The notes: generated by a model from the letters alone, not told the origin. A DNA stretch of 57,491 nucleotides from an uncultured Alphaproteobacteria bacterium (GCA_944390375.1 CALXPZ010000049.1:1-57491), one strand, 5' to 3'; shown: positions 12,742 to 20,623, counted from the stretch's first letter. Translations and numbers: made by a program.

Positions 12742-12976
12742 ATAATAACCTCTAAAATGTGAACTTAAAAAAAGTATTTCTCTTTCAATTTATCTATAAT
12801 TTCTTATCGCCATAATTGCAAGCAAATTAGATCACAAATGCATTTTTATTTGGTTAAGAAATCCGACGAACGATTAATTGTTGATTTTTGTTGATTTTAT
12901 ATGAGATTAATTATTGACGGATAAAATTTTGTATGTATATTAAAAGATGTTAACCAAACTTTTTTATTTGGAGTAA

Positions 12977-13195
12977 GTGATGGTAAATTTTAATGAAAAT
13001 GCAATCAGAGAAGCGGCCTACTACATCTGGCAAAATGCCGGATGCCCGCAGGGTCAGGATGAAAAATTCTGGATGATGGCGATTGAACAACTGAACGGCA
13101 GCAAATGCTGCTCCAAGTCTTCTTCCGCTAAATCTTCGTCCTGCAAATCTGCTTCCGCGAAAAAAGCAGCCCCGAAAAAATCAGCTAAAAAATAA
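12977..13195 (+). CDS. DUF2934 domain small protein with a Lys/Ser/Ala-rich tail
   Basis: IREAAYYIWQNAGCPQGQDEKFWMMAIEQL matches the DUF2934 pattern. Confidence 0.8.
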   Translation: MMVNFNENAIREAAYYIWQNAGCPQGQDEKFWMMAIEQLNGSKCCSKSSSAKSSSCKSASAKKAAPKKSAKK

Positions 13196-13221
13196 GCCGT
13201 TTTCAGGGTATTAAGAAAACT

Positions 13222-13248
13222 AAAAAACCTCCCTTACGGGAGGTTTTA
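13222..13248. terminator. Bidirectional intrinsic terminator
   Basis: aaaaaacctccc-ttac-gggaggtttt between convergent genes. Confidence 0.8.
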
Positions 13249-13274
13249 TTTTGTTTGTTTTTATGTATTCGCCA

Positions 13275-14780
13275 TCAGGGTTTGCGAGCCATCACAATCC
13301 AACCCCAGACCTCTTTTTCTCCTTCGTTGCGGAGTTTGACCCGGGTCATTTTTTCGATGATAAAGCCTCGTTTTTTCAGCCCGTTTTCAACATAATCGCG
13401 ACTGTGCAGAAAACGCCCCGACATATGCAAAAAATAGTCGCCGCCGGAGGTGTTTTCGCTAATGCTGAAAAGAATCCGCCCGCCCGGTTTCAGCGCCTCG
13501 TACAGCAACACGAAAAGTCCGCCGAGCTCACCGAAATAAGTCAGCACATCGGCCGCATTAATCAGGTCGTAGACATTTACGCGGCGGCTTAAAAATTTAT
13601 TCAGATCCTGATTGTAGAGGTGGGTGTAGATTTTTTTGCGGGCGGCAACCGCCAGCATTTTTTCTGAAATATCGACGCCGTCAAGCCCTCTGAATTTTGC
13701 ATATTTGCGCAGATAGGCACCGCACAGACCAGTGCCGCAGCCGGCATCGAGAATCTTCATCTTTTTCAGTTTCTCGTTTTGCGCCAAAGCTTCCAGAGTT
13801 TTGCTCATCAGGCTCGGAACGGCATAATCAAGATCGCCCAAAACCTCTTCAAAATCATCGGCAAAAGCATCAAAAATATCTTGCACATACCCACTGCCGA
13901 TTTGGCTGACATGACCGCTGTTTAACATGGCCGCCGCCATATGGGCGGCAACCGGATCTTCCGGATATTCCTGCTGCCAGCGTCGTATATAGGTGAGCAC
14001 ATCGGTTCCCGGACTTTCGACCGCTATCTCGTAAAGCAGATAACCGAAGTTGATTTGCTGATCGCTGCTGCCTTTGGAGAGGACAACCGCCCGCCAGCCC
14101 ATTTCGAGCGCGCGGTCATATTCTTTTTTTTGCTGGAAAGCCTGCGACAACATATTGCACAGCCAGCAATCACCGGGATTTTTTTTGTAAAGAGCTGCCA
14201 GAATCAAAACCGCCTCATCAGCATAACCAAGCTCCAGGCATATGCCTGCCAAAAGATTGCCCGCCTCAACCGACTGCGGGTAAGACTGAACAGCCCGTTT
14301 AGCATAAAAATAGGCGGTTGCATAATCTTTGCGTTCAAAATAAATGGAAGCGGCATTGATAACCGCGGTATAAAAATCGCGCTGAACATCCATGGCCTGC
14401 TGATAGTATTTCAGCGCCTGATCGGGATGTTTTTTCCGGTAGGCCACATTGCCCAAAACAGACAACGCCGAGGCGTTTGCCGGATTTATCTTCAGCGCTT
14501 TTTCCGCGTATTTCCGGGCGCCGGCGCAATCGTTCATCTCATATAATATGATTGCCAGATTGGCGGCCGCGGTATCCGATGATTTCTCCGCTTTAAGCGC
14601 TTTCCGGTAATAGGCGACAGCCTCTTCTTTCTGCCCCAGTCCGTCATAACAGTTGGCGATGTAAACCAAAATATCACCACGTTTCGGATCTTCTGCCAAA
14701 ACTTTCAAAAAAGAGCGCAGCGCCGCCGCATAATTTTTCTTTTGATAACAGGCAACGGCCTTTTCTTCCGTTTTTTGCAA
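13275..14780 (-). CDS. TPR-repeat protein with C-terminal SAM-dependent methyltransferase (COG4976-like)
   Basis: Multiple TPR repeats; FDAFADDFE..L..LDY; ILDAGCGTGLCG. Confidence 0.88.
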   Translation of the reverse strand: MQKTEEKAVACYQKKNYAAALRSFLKVLAEDPKRGDILVYIANCYDGLGQKEEAVAYYRKALKAEKSSDTAAANLAIILYEMNDCAGARKYAEKALKINPANASALSVLGNVAYRKKHPDQALKYYQQAMDVQRDFYTAVINAASIYFERKDYATAYFYAKRAVQSYPQSVEAGNLLAGICLELGYADEAVLILAALYKKNPGDCWLCNMLSQAFQQKKEYDRALEMGWRAVVLSKGSSDQQINFGYLLYEIAVESPGTDVLTYIRRWQQEYPEDPVAAHMAAAMLNSGHVSQIGSGYVQDIFDAFADDFEEVLGDLDYAVPSLMSKTLEALAQNEKLKKMKILDAGCGTGLCGAYLRKYAKFRGLDGVDISEKMLAVAARKKIYTHLYNQDLNKFLSRRVNVYDLINAADVLTYFGELGGLFVLLYEALKPGGRILFSISENTSGGDYFLHMSGRFLHSRDYVENGLKKRGFIIEKMTRVKLRNEGEKEVWGWIVMARKP

Positions 14781-14839
14781 ATATCCCTCCGCCGAAATCC
14801 AATCTGCAAATAAATTAACAGTTTTTAGTAAAAAAAATG

Positions 14840-14868
14840 TTGACGTCCGGCAAATTATCGGGTATTTA
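14840..14868 (+). promoter_or_regulatory. Sigma70-type promoter of tRNA-Leu
   Basis: TTGACG-17 nt-TATTTA upstream of the tRNA. Confidence 0.5.
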
Positions 14869-14882
14869 TTCTTTCGGTTAAC

Positions 14883-14968
14883 GGGGGTATGGCGGAACTG
14901 GTAGACGCGCTAGACTCAAAATCTTGTGGCCTCAGGCCGTGTCAGTTCGAGTCTGACTACCCCTACCA
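14883..14968 (+). tRNA. tRNA-Leu(CAA)
   Basis: Acceptor stem GGGGGTA/TACCCCT, anticodon loop CTCAAAA, long variable arm, GTTCGAGTC T-loop, encoded CCA. Confidence 0.97.
14908..14968 (+). repeat. attL, 61-bp direct repeat (3' part of tRNA-Leu)
   Basis: Identical to 20464-20524. Confidence 0.95.
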
Positions 14969-14972
14969 AATT

Positions 14973-15001
14973 GAAAAGACTGGATTCTCCAGTCTTTTTT
15001 T
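14973..15001 (+). terminator. Terminator after tRNA-Leu
   Basis: gaaaagactgga-ttc-tccagtcttttttt. Confidence 0.8.
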
Positions 15002-15120
15002 CTTGCGAATCGGTTTTATTCTGACTTTTTTATGCAAAACACACGCACACGGAATCAAACAGTTAGCAAACCTAGTCAGAATGAAAATCACAGAACAAAA
15101 CAAAAACAAACGCCGAGTCT

Positions 15121-15573
15121 TTATCTTGCCTTTTGTCTACTGTTTTCCAAAATAATCCTGTCTATTTTTACCTGTTGTTCTATCCGTTCCCTGATTCCCT
15201 GATTATCAATACAACGCAGGCGGTATTTCGGATAATCCTCACGCAAACTGTCAACAAAGTCGATAAATTTATCCTGCGGGGCATCGTCTGTACTGCCGCC
15301 CAAAAGCGAAAAAGCATTGGTAAAAGCGCTGACTTTTTCAACCGGTAAATTCCAGCTTTCGGCCAGATTCTGTATTTTTAAGGCCTCGTCATAAACATTT
15401 GTCAGGCCTTTTATGCCGACGCCGCCCAGAGCCAGCCCGCCCAACTTAGCAATAAAATTGTTCTGTATCTTGTCCGCGGTTTTGGCAAAAGCCCCCTGCA
15501 GCCCGTCAAGCTGTTTTTTGGCATCTCCAACGTTCAGCCAAAAGTTGATTACGGCATCAGAAAACATACTCAT
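15121..15573 (-). pseudogene. Tape measure protein N-terminal fragment fused by deletion to an unrelated tail
   Basis: Ala/Gly/Leu helical start, NLAESWNLPVEKVSAFTNAFSLLGGSTDDA, then an abrupt change of composition; lies downstream of the tail chaperone. Confidence 0.6.
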
Positions 15574-15587
15574 TTTATTTTTCCATT

Positions 15588-15608
15588 AAAAAAGCCCCGA
15601 GCGGGGCG
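15588..15608 (-). terminator. Terminator of the two-gene moron
   Basis: Minus strand GCCCCG-CT-CGGGGC-TTTTT. Confidence 0.6.
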
Positions 15609-15614
15609 TGTTAT

Positions 15615-16148
15615 TCATTTTTTTGTTTTCTTTCTGGATAACCAGCTAACAATTCCTATTCCTGCGGTACTGATAATACCGATAGCGAGTATTGCTTTTA
15701 CCAAAAACTTAGCAACCCACTCTTCCTTCAGGTGCAGAGCATACGCCGCCAAGGCAATCACAGACAGGAACAAAACTGCCCCTATTATTCTTCCGATATT
15801 AACCGAATTTATGGCTTTTTTAGTAATAGCAAATTCATTTCTCTGAGCTTCTATGGCTTTATCTTGTTCCGTAACTGCCATTTGAACAATAATCTCTGCA
15901 AATTTGCCGTTTATATCATTGTAATATTTCAAAATCTCAGGAGAAGGGAGCGGCCCCTGTCTGATTTCAATATGATGTTCTTCTTTTTTATAAGCAACTT
16001 TACCCGAGCCCGGCTGACTAAGCCGACTAAAAGAAACACGCGCAGGAGTTTTTTCTTCTACAGTATTTTGTTTGTCTTCAACCACTCGTTTTTCATCGGT
16101 TTTAACTACACTTTGGGGATGCTTAAATTTTCTGCTGTTCTTTTTCAT
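15615..16148 (-). CDS. DUF2335-like membrane protein
   Basis: QGPLPSPEILKYYNDINGKFAEIIVQMAVTEQ followed by 2 TM helices. Confidence 0.8.
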   Translation of the reverse strand: MKKNSRKFKHPQSVVKTDEKRVVEDKQNTVEEKTPARVSFSRLSQPGSGKVAYKKEEHHIEIRQGPLPSPEILKYYNDINGKFAEIIVQMAVTEQDKAIEAQRNEFAITKKAINSVNIGRIIGAVLFLSVIALAAYALHLKEEWVAKFLVKAILAIGIISTAGIGIVSWLSRKKTKK

Positions 16149-16341
16149 GGCTTTTTATCGCTTTATTCAGATAACCACCGACATTACTCCAATAACCGCC
16201 AATTCCGGATTTTTGGTTCTCTTCCTTGTTTTTCCTATCAACGCATAGGAAATCCAAGTAATTCATCAGCATAAAAGCACTTAACCCAAAAACAACCCCG
16301 AATAAAATGCCTTTGGTGTTATTTGAAATTTTCATCATCAT
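16123..16341 (-). CDS. Small hypothetical membrane protein
   Basis: AAGGAG RBS, one TM helix, YWSNVGGYLNKAI tail; overlaps the DUF2335 gene. Confidence 0.7.
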   Translation of the reverse strand: MMMKISNNTKGILFGVVFGLSAFMLMNYLDFLCVDRKNKEENQKSGIGGYWSNVGGYLNKAIKSHEKEQQKI

Positions 16342-16354
16342 ATCTCCTTTTAAG

Positions 16355-16384
16355 ATTATATAATGACTTTCATAAAAAAATCAA
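16355..16384 (-). promoter_or_regulatory. Sigma70-type promoter of the moron
   Basis: TTGATT-18 nt-TATAAT, followed by an RBS. Confidence 0.65.
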
Positions 16385-16399
16385 CGATAAAATCTTTTA

Positions 16400-16636
16400 T
16401 CAAGATTCAACGGGAACAACTCTTCTTAAATTTCCAAATTCAGGAACTTTTTTTGCAATTTCTTTCATCGTTGAAGGTTTTCCCTGTTCAATAAAATCTA
16501 TCATTTTTTGCCGGGCTTCTTCCGTTGGCAAAAAATATAATATACCCTCAATGCCTTCTTTATTATTTGAATGTTTTAACAACAAATCATAAAGCTTCTG
16601 CCCGTTTGTTGTTTCTTTATATTCTTTACCGCTCAC
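16400..16636 (-). CDS. Small hypothetical protein, candidate immunity protein copy 2
   Basis: 78 aa, tightly coupled to the upstream ORF, similar in pattern to 16639-16860. Confidence 0.65.
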   Translation of the reverse strand: MSGKEYKETTNGQKLYDLLLKHSNNKEGIEGILYFLPTEEARQKMIDFIEQGKPSTMKEIAKKVPEFGNLRRVVPVES

Positions 16637-16638
16637 TA

Positions 16639-16860
16639 TTACTTTCCTTTATTTATTTCAGCAGCAAGTTCAAGAATTCTGTCTGTATCTGTTTCTCCGG
16701 CATCAAGATAGCGCATAAGCTTTTTTTTCTTTTCATCGCCTTTTACAGAAACAAGCACGCCTCCGATAAAATCAGCATCATCCCATATATTTTTGAGACG
16801 GTCATAAAGAACCCGCCCGAGCTCCGTCTTGAATTTACTTCTATCAATCATAAATCCCAT
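16639..16860 (-). CDS. Small hypothetical protein, candidate immunity protein copy 1
   Basis: 73 aa, overlaps the end of the HPR-motif ORF. Confidence 0.7.
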   Translation of the reverse strand: MGFMIDRSKFKTELGRVLYDRLKNIWDDADFIGGVLVSVKGDEKKKKLMRYLDAGETDTDRILELAAEINKGK

Positions 16861-17185
16861 CTATATCTTCCTTTTCAATAATGATATATTCATTAAAACC
16901 ATTATTTTTTACTGTGTAATAATGATTTCCGATAGCTTTTTTGATTATCTTCTTTTTTCTTTGCTCTTTGGTGAGATTATTGTTCAGCTCATGCATAATT
17001 TGACCATACTCTTCTTTTGAAAGGCTGGCAACCGGTTTTTCACTTTTCCCGGAATTGCCCCCGGTTGATGCAAACTTGCCCTCTCCGTCACGCGGGTGTT
17101 TTTCCTCTTTCCATTCGTTGAATGTGGCAAAGCACGTGTCAATTTTGATCAGACGCGCGGCCGTGTTGATGGAAATAACAATCAT
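16844..17185 (-). CDS. Phage protein with NEWKEEKHPRDGEGKF motif and a small C-terminal domain
   Basis: Motif shared with the 19208-19984 ORF; ATGA overlap with the upstream frameshift frame. Confidence 0.75.
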   Translation of the reverse strand: MIVISINTAARLIKIDTCFATFNEWKEEKHPRDGEGKFASTGGNSGKSEKPVASLSKEEYGQIMHELNNNLTKEQRKKKIIKKAIGNHYYTVKNNGFNEYIIIEKEDIDGIYD

Positions 17186-17720
17186 TTTGCTTTATCCTTT
17201 GCCCGGTTACAGGCTACAATTTCGTTTTGTGCGCGGACATAAGCAGCCAGATTGGCAAGATACAGATCACCCAAGTCCATCTGTTTTAACTCGGTTATTG
17301 AAACTTCCGGTTTTAAGATATTCCCTATGCAATTTGAGAATCCGAAATCGGAAAAGCCGACTTCTTTTCGAGAATGGCGAGAAACGGCCGGAAGACTTCG
17401 GATTCTTTCATAAAAACCTTTTGGTGCTCCAAAATGGCAAGCCCCAACTCAATAACCGCCAACGGATTTTGAAAATAAGTGTTGACTTTTTCCAGGCTCA
17501 TTGTGTCAACGGCATTTTGCCCGCTTGCATCCAAAAGCGTCGCCAAGGGCAACAAATCAGCCAGAAATGGCTTAATTGACTTGTCTTTTGAACTGACATA
17601 CCGGTCAACAAAATTGAGCCCGTCAAGCGCGTCAAAAAGGCGGATGGAAAACGTCAACTTTTGATTGTCCAAATCTTTGATAGTTATTTTTTTTATTGTT
17701 TCCATTGAAAACTCCGACAA
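17182..17720 (-). CDS. Tail assembly chaperone G (17325-17720) with probable -1 frameshift product GT ending at 17182
   Basis: The -1 frame is open from GGTTTTT (17412-17418) to TGA at 17182-17184, reading ...SITELKQMDLGDLYLANLAAYVRAQNEIVACNRAKDKAK; lies upstream of the tape measure fragment. Confidence 0.65.
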
Positions 17721-17771
17721 AAAACGCCCCGCCGACGATTGCCGGCAGAGCTTGACTGTAAAAAACGTTTA

Positions 17772-18185
17772 TTATATAAAAGAAAAGCCGCGGTGTTGCA
17801 GCACTGGATGTTTTGTTAACTCAGAAAGGGGTTTATCCCCCTTGATTTCCGCACGCTCTCCCGTTGAGCCTTCCTGCCGTCCTTTGGCGTCTTCGCCATC
17901 CATGCCAAGCCACTCATGCCCGTTGACCAGAGGCAGAAGCTTGAAACTCTCTGCCCCCTTGGATAGTTCTTCGGGAGAAATATAAACTTTATAAATCTTT
18001 TCCGGGTCTATCTCTTCTCCGTCAACATCCGGACTGCCGCCGTCTATCAGCTCTTTGCCCAGATATTCAAGTATCCCTGACCGCAAAATCGGGCTTTCGT
18101 CAACGAAGAGATAACCATTCTCATCCATATGCCGGTGCCCGCTCTCATTGCTGAGGCGGGTTGTATAAGTTAAGAAATGTGTCAT
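17772..18185 (-). pseudogene. DUF2213 phage head (putative prohead protease) N-terminal fragment
   Basis: RHMDENGYLFV..SPILRSGILEYLGKEL...YKVY.SPEEL...SFKLLPLVNGH; truncated after ~120 aa. Confidence 0.8.
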
Positions 18186-19084
18186 TAAATTCTTCCTTTA
18201 ATTATTTCATACGAGCCGTCGTCAAGTCTCTTAGCCTCATAATCGGGGGCAACAAGAATTGACCGCGCAATACAGCGGCAGTTCGGACGTTCTGCCGGAA
18301 GACCGCGGTGTCCGTAGGCGTCAATCACCGGATAATGCTCGGAATCTCCCCATTTATAAATTTTGCCGTCAAGCTGTTTGTGTCCACCTTTGCCGGTTGA
18401 CACACGTTCGTCATGCGCGGTTGACCACATAAAAAACTTTACTCCCGCTGCAGCCTGCGCCTGCTCATTAAACGCCGCGTTCGCTTTTGCCGTCTGATCA
18501 CGGGCAATCCTTTTTATCCGGTCTTTGGCAATGTGGGTCTGAGTTTTAAGGTCTTTGGCAATCGTTTCCCAACGCTGTCCTGTTGTCATGCCGTCATAAA
18601 CGATGTTTTCAACGTTGTTTAAGGTCTGAAGCGTCGTATTTTGAATTAAACCGACATTGCGACGGATAATCAGCCGGATGGTTTCTTCAACCTCTTTGCT
18701 GTCAAAATTAAGGGTAAAACTGTCGCCGTACATCTCGCGCATAACCCGCGCAAGGGAAGATTTTGCACCGCGCTTAACAAGACGTATAAATTTTTGTACA
18801 ATCTTCTCGGCATTGCGCAAAAAGCGCCCGAGATATTCCCCTTTATACCAAGCAATCAGCTTTTCCACATTACGCACAGTCGGCTTTTTACCCTGAGGCG
18901 CGGCATTTTCCATACGAACGGTGGTGTAGACGTCTTCCAGACTAGCAAATAAGGCGGAGAGCATTTTTTCCGTCTCCGCCTCAATCGCTTTGCGATAGTA
19001 ACCATCCGCGTGCTTGTTTTTGGCAATGTCATCCATTACCTTAAACCCGCCCGCCGCTCGTGCCCGTGCGTTTTGCTTTTGCAT
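18185..19084 (-). CDS. Phage minor head / head morphogenesis protein (MuF, SPP1 gp7 family), no C-terminal toxin
   Basis: RIARDQTAKAN, FMWSTAHDERV, H..LDGKIYKW, PAERPNCRC; start taken at MQKQN. Confidence 0.9.
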   Translation of the reverse strand: MQKQNARARAAGGFKVMDDIAKNKHADGYYRKAIEAETEKMLSALFASLEDVYTTVRMENAAPQGKKPTVRNVEKLIAWYKGEYLGRFLRNAEKIVQKFIRLVKRGAKSSLARVMREMYGDSFTLNFDSKEVEETIRLIIRRNVGLIQNTTLQTLNNVENIVYDGMTTGQRWETIAKDLKTQTHIAKDRIKRIARDQTAKANAAFNEQAQAAAGVKFFMWSTAHDERVSTGKGGHKQLDGKIYKWGDSEHYPVIDAYGHRGLPAERPNCRCIARSILVAPDYEAKRLDDGSYEIIKGRI

Positions 19085-19091
19085 TATCCGC

Positions 19092-19120
19092 TTGCCTTTT
19101 TTCGTTTTTTGGGGTATTAT
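19092..19120 (+). promoter_or_regulatory. Sigma70-type promoter on the strand opposite the head operon
   Basis: TTGCCT-17 nt-TATTAT, with an overlapping TATAAT at 19118-19123. Confidence 0.65.
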
Positions 19121-19126
19121 AATATT

Positions 19127-19216
19127 AAGACTGGAAGTTGAATGAGGAAAATGGACTGTCATTCATAAAGTTGAATTAGTGAGTCAACCTTTCGACGCTT
19201 CCGGTCTTTATTTTTT
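19127..19216 (+). ncRNA. Candidate structured small RNA (three-way junction)
   Basis: 11-bp closing stem 19127-19137/19198-19208, 7-bp hairpin 19139-19145/19159-19165, 5-bp hairpin 19170-19174/19184-19188, U-tract after; begins at the expected +1 of the promoter. Confidence 0.55.
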
Positions 19217-19984
19217 GTAAATTTCAAAAGCTGTTAAAACAAATTGCAGTTTTTTATTGTTAAACTCGGGCTTTATAACAGCCTTTTTATTTCCCGAAGA
19301 TATAACAAACCGACCATTTGTTCCTATCTCTAACTTTCCTTTTTCAATAATATCCGTCAGATTGTTTAGTAACTCCTCTAGATTTTGCCCCGTTTCTTTT
19401 CGGCGCTTGATAATATGGGCAAGCCCCATACTTTCATTACCCCATACAAGGTCTATATCTCCTATGTCCTTACGGGTGAAAGCCCCCTTGACATGACCTT
19501 TTTTCTCATGCATGAGCTTATCAATGGCTGCCTGTCCTTTAACACCCGTAAATTCCTCGCCAAGAAGCTCTTCAACATCCGCATCTTTCTCCTCATCTCC
19601 GCCGCCTTGGCCGAACTTTCCGTCTTTACCGCGCGGGTGGTCTTCTTCCCGCCACTCGTTTGCTGCCTGAAACTCGGACATAACTTGCGGCGTAATATCC
19701 TCATAGCCGTCGAGCCCTTCCGTTTCAGTATCAAAAGACAGACCGTCAAGGTTAAACTGCTTAAACTGTTTTAACCATTCAAAAACTTCATCCTGCTTTG
19801 CGCCAAGGTTGACAAGAGTGCTTGCCACTTCGGCATACGACTTGATATTTTCCGCAAGCTCTTTTTCCGTTGCCTCTTCCAGCGGGTTAAAAGTAAAGTC
19901 CGTAAATTTGACAAACTTCCCGCCGTCAACCCCGGCAACAATGCCGTACATAACCAGTAGGTTATTGTCCCCATTCCCCAGCAT
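19208..19984 (-). CDS. 5'-truncated DUF1073-type portal C-terminus + HPR motif + PBECR-like (barnase/EndoU/colicin E5-D/RelE) nuclease domain
   Basis: DFTFNPLEEATEKELAE (portal end), NEWREEDHPRGKDGKFGQGGG, GAFTRKDIGDIDLVWGNESMGLAHIIKRR...FVLTAFE. Confidence 0.7.
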   Translation of the reverse strand: MLGNGDNNLLVMYGIVAGVDGGKFVKFTDFTFNPLEEATEKELAENIKSYAEVASTLVNLGAKQDEVFEWLKQFKQFNLDGLSFDTETEGLDGYEDITPQVMSEFQAANEWREEDHPRGKDGKFGQGGGDEEKDADVEELLGEEFTGVKGQAAIDKLMHEKKGHVKGAFTRKDIGDIDLVWGNESMGLAHIIKRRKETGQNLEELLNNLTDIIEKGKLEIGTNGRFVISSGNKKAVIKPEFNNKKLQFVLTAFEIYKK

Positions 19985-20293
19985 TTATGGTCAGAAGTCT
20001 TGTCAAAAGAAGATTATATTATTTCTGACGAATACGGCTCATTCAGCAAAGACCTCCTCGCCTGCCATTTCCAGCGTTTCAGCGATAAAATCGGCATAAA
20101 GATTGTCTTCAAGCAAATGCGCCATACTGCCAGCACGGCCTACGCCGAAGCCGGCGTTCCGAGTGACGCAATTATCTCAATTACCGGACACACAGACGAA
20201 TCCACCTTTAACCGCTTTTACAAGGCCAATACGGCAGCTTTATCTATGACTGCATTAAAAGGTAGATTGAAGTCGGAAAAAGAAAGAAAGTAA
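19961..20293 (+). pseudogene. Tyrosine integrase C-terminal fragment
   Basis: VIVPIP...KQMRHTASTAYAEAG...ITGHTDESTFNRFY (box II and catalytic Tyr); N-terminal part deleted; adjacent to attR. Confidence 0.85.
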
Positions 20294-20463
20294 ATTATTA
20301 TTACATTTTTACTTCTTTAAGGTGGAGTAAAGAAAATTGTTCCTTTTAACAACAAAGCTCTCGTTTCGGGAGCTTTTGTCATATTTTCAACATTTCCGAA
20401 AAATAAAAAAAGTCAGAATGAGAAAATATTTATAATATATTTCAATATGTTAAATCAATCTAA

Positions 20464-20524
20464 CGCTAGACTCAAAATCTTGTGGCCTCAGGCCGTGTCA
20501 GTTCGAGTCTGACTACCCCTACCA
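20464..20524 (+). repeat. attR, duplicated 3' 61 bp of tRNA-Leu
   Basis: Exact copy of 14908-14968 lacking the 5' acceptor strand and D arm. Confidence 0.95.
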
Positions 20525-20528
20525 TTAT

Positions 20529-20559
20529 AAAAGCCTTGGATTTTTGCCAAGGCTTTTTT
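20529..20559 (+). terminator. Likely original tRNA terminator, now after attR
   Basis: aaaagccttgg-atttttg-ccaaggctttttt. Confidence 0.75.
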
Positions 20560-20623
20560 GTTTGCAGACATATTCACATAAAAAAACCGGCTTTGAAGAC
20601 CGGTTTTTTATATGGATAAAACA

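Larger units (their letters stand above)
14908..20524. mobile_element. Defective prophage remnant (~5.5 kb) integrated in tRNA-Leu(CAA)
   Basis: att repeats, integrase C-terminal fragment, and portal, MuF, DUF2213, tail chaperone and tape measure pieces in normal gene order with large deletions. Confidence 0.92.

Noticed and set aside
12940-12953. CtrA box upstream of the DUF2934 gene
   Set aside because: TTAA half-sites are 6 nt apart rather than 7, in very AT-rich DNA
15093-15107. SOS box at the left end of the prophage (GAAC-N7-AAAC)
   Set aside because: One mismatch in a low-complexity A/C tract, and no intact gene for it to control
20464-20524. Second tRNA-Leu gene
   Set aside because: It lacks the first 25 nt (5' acceptor strand and D arm), so it is attR
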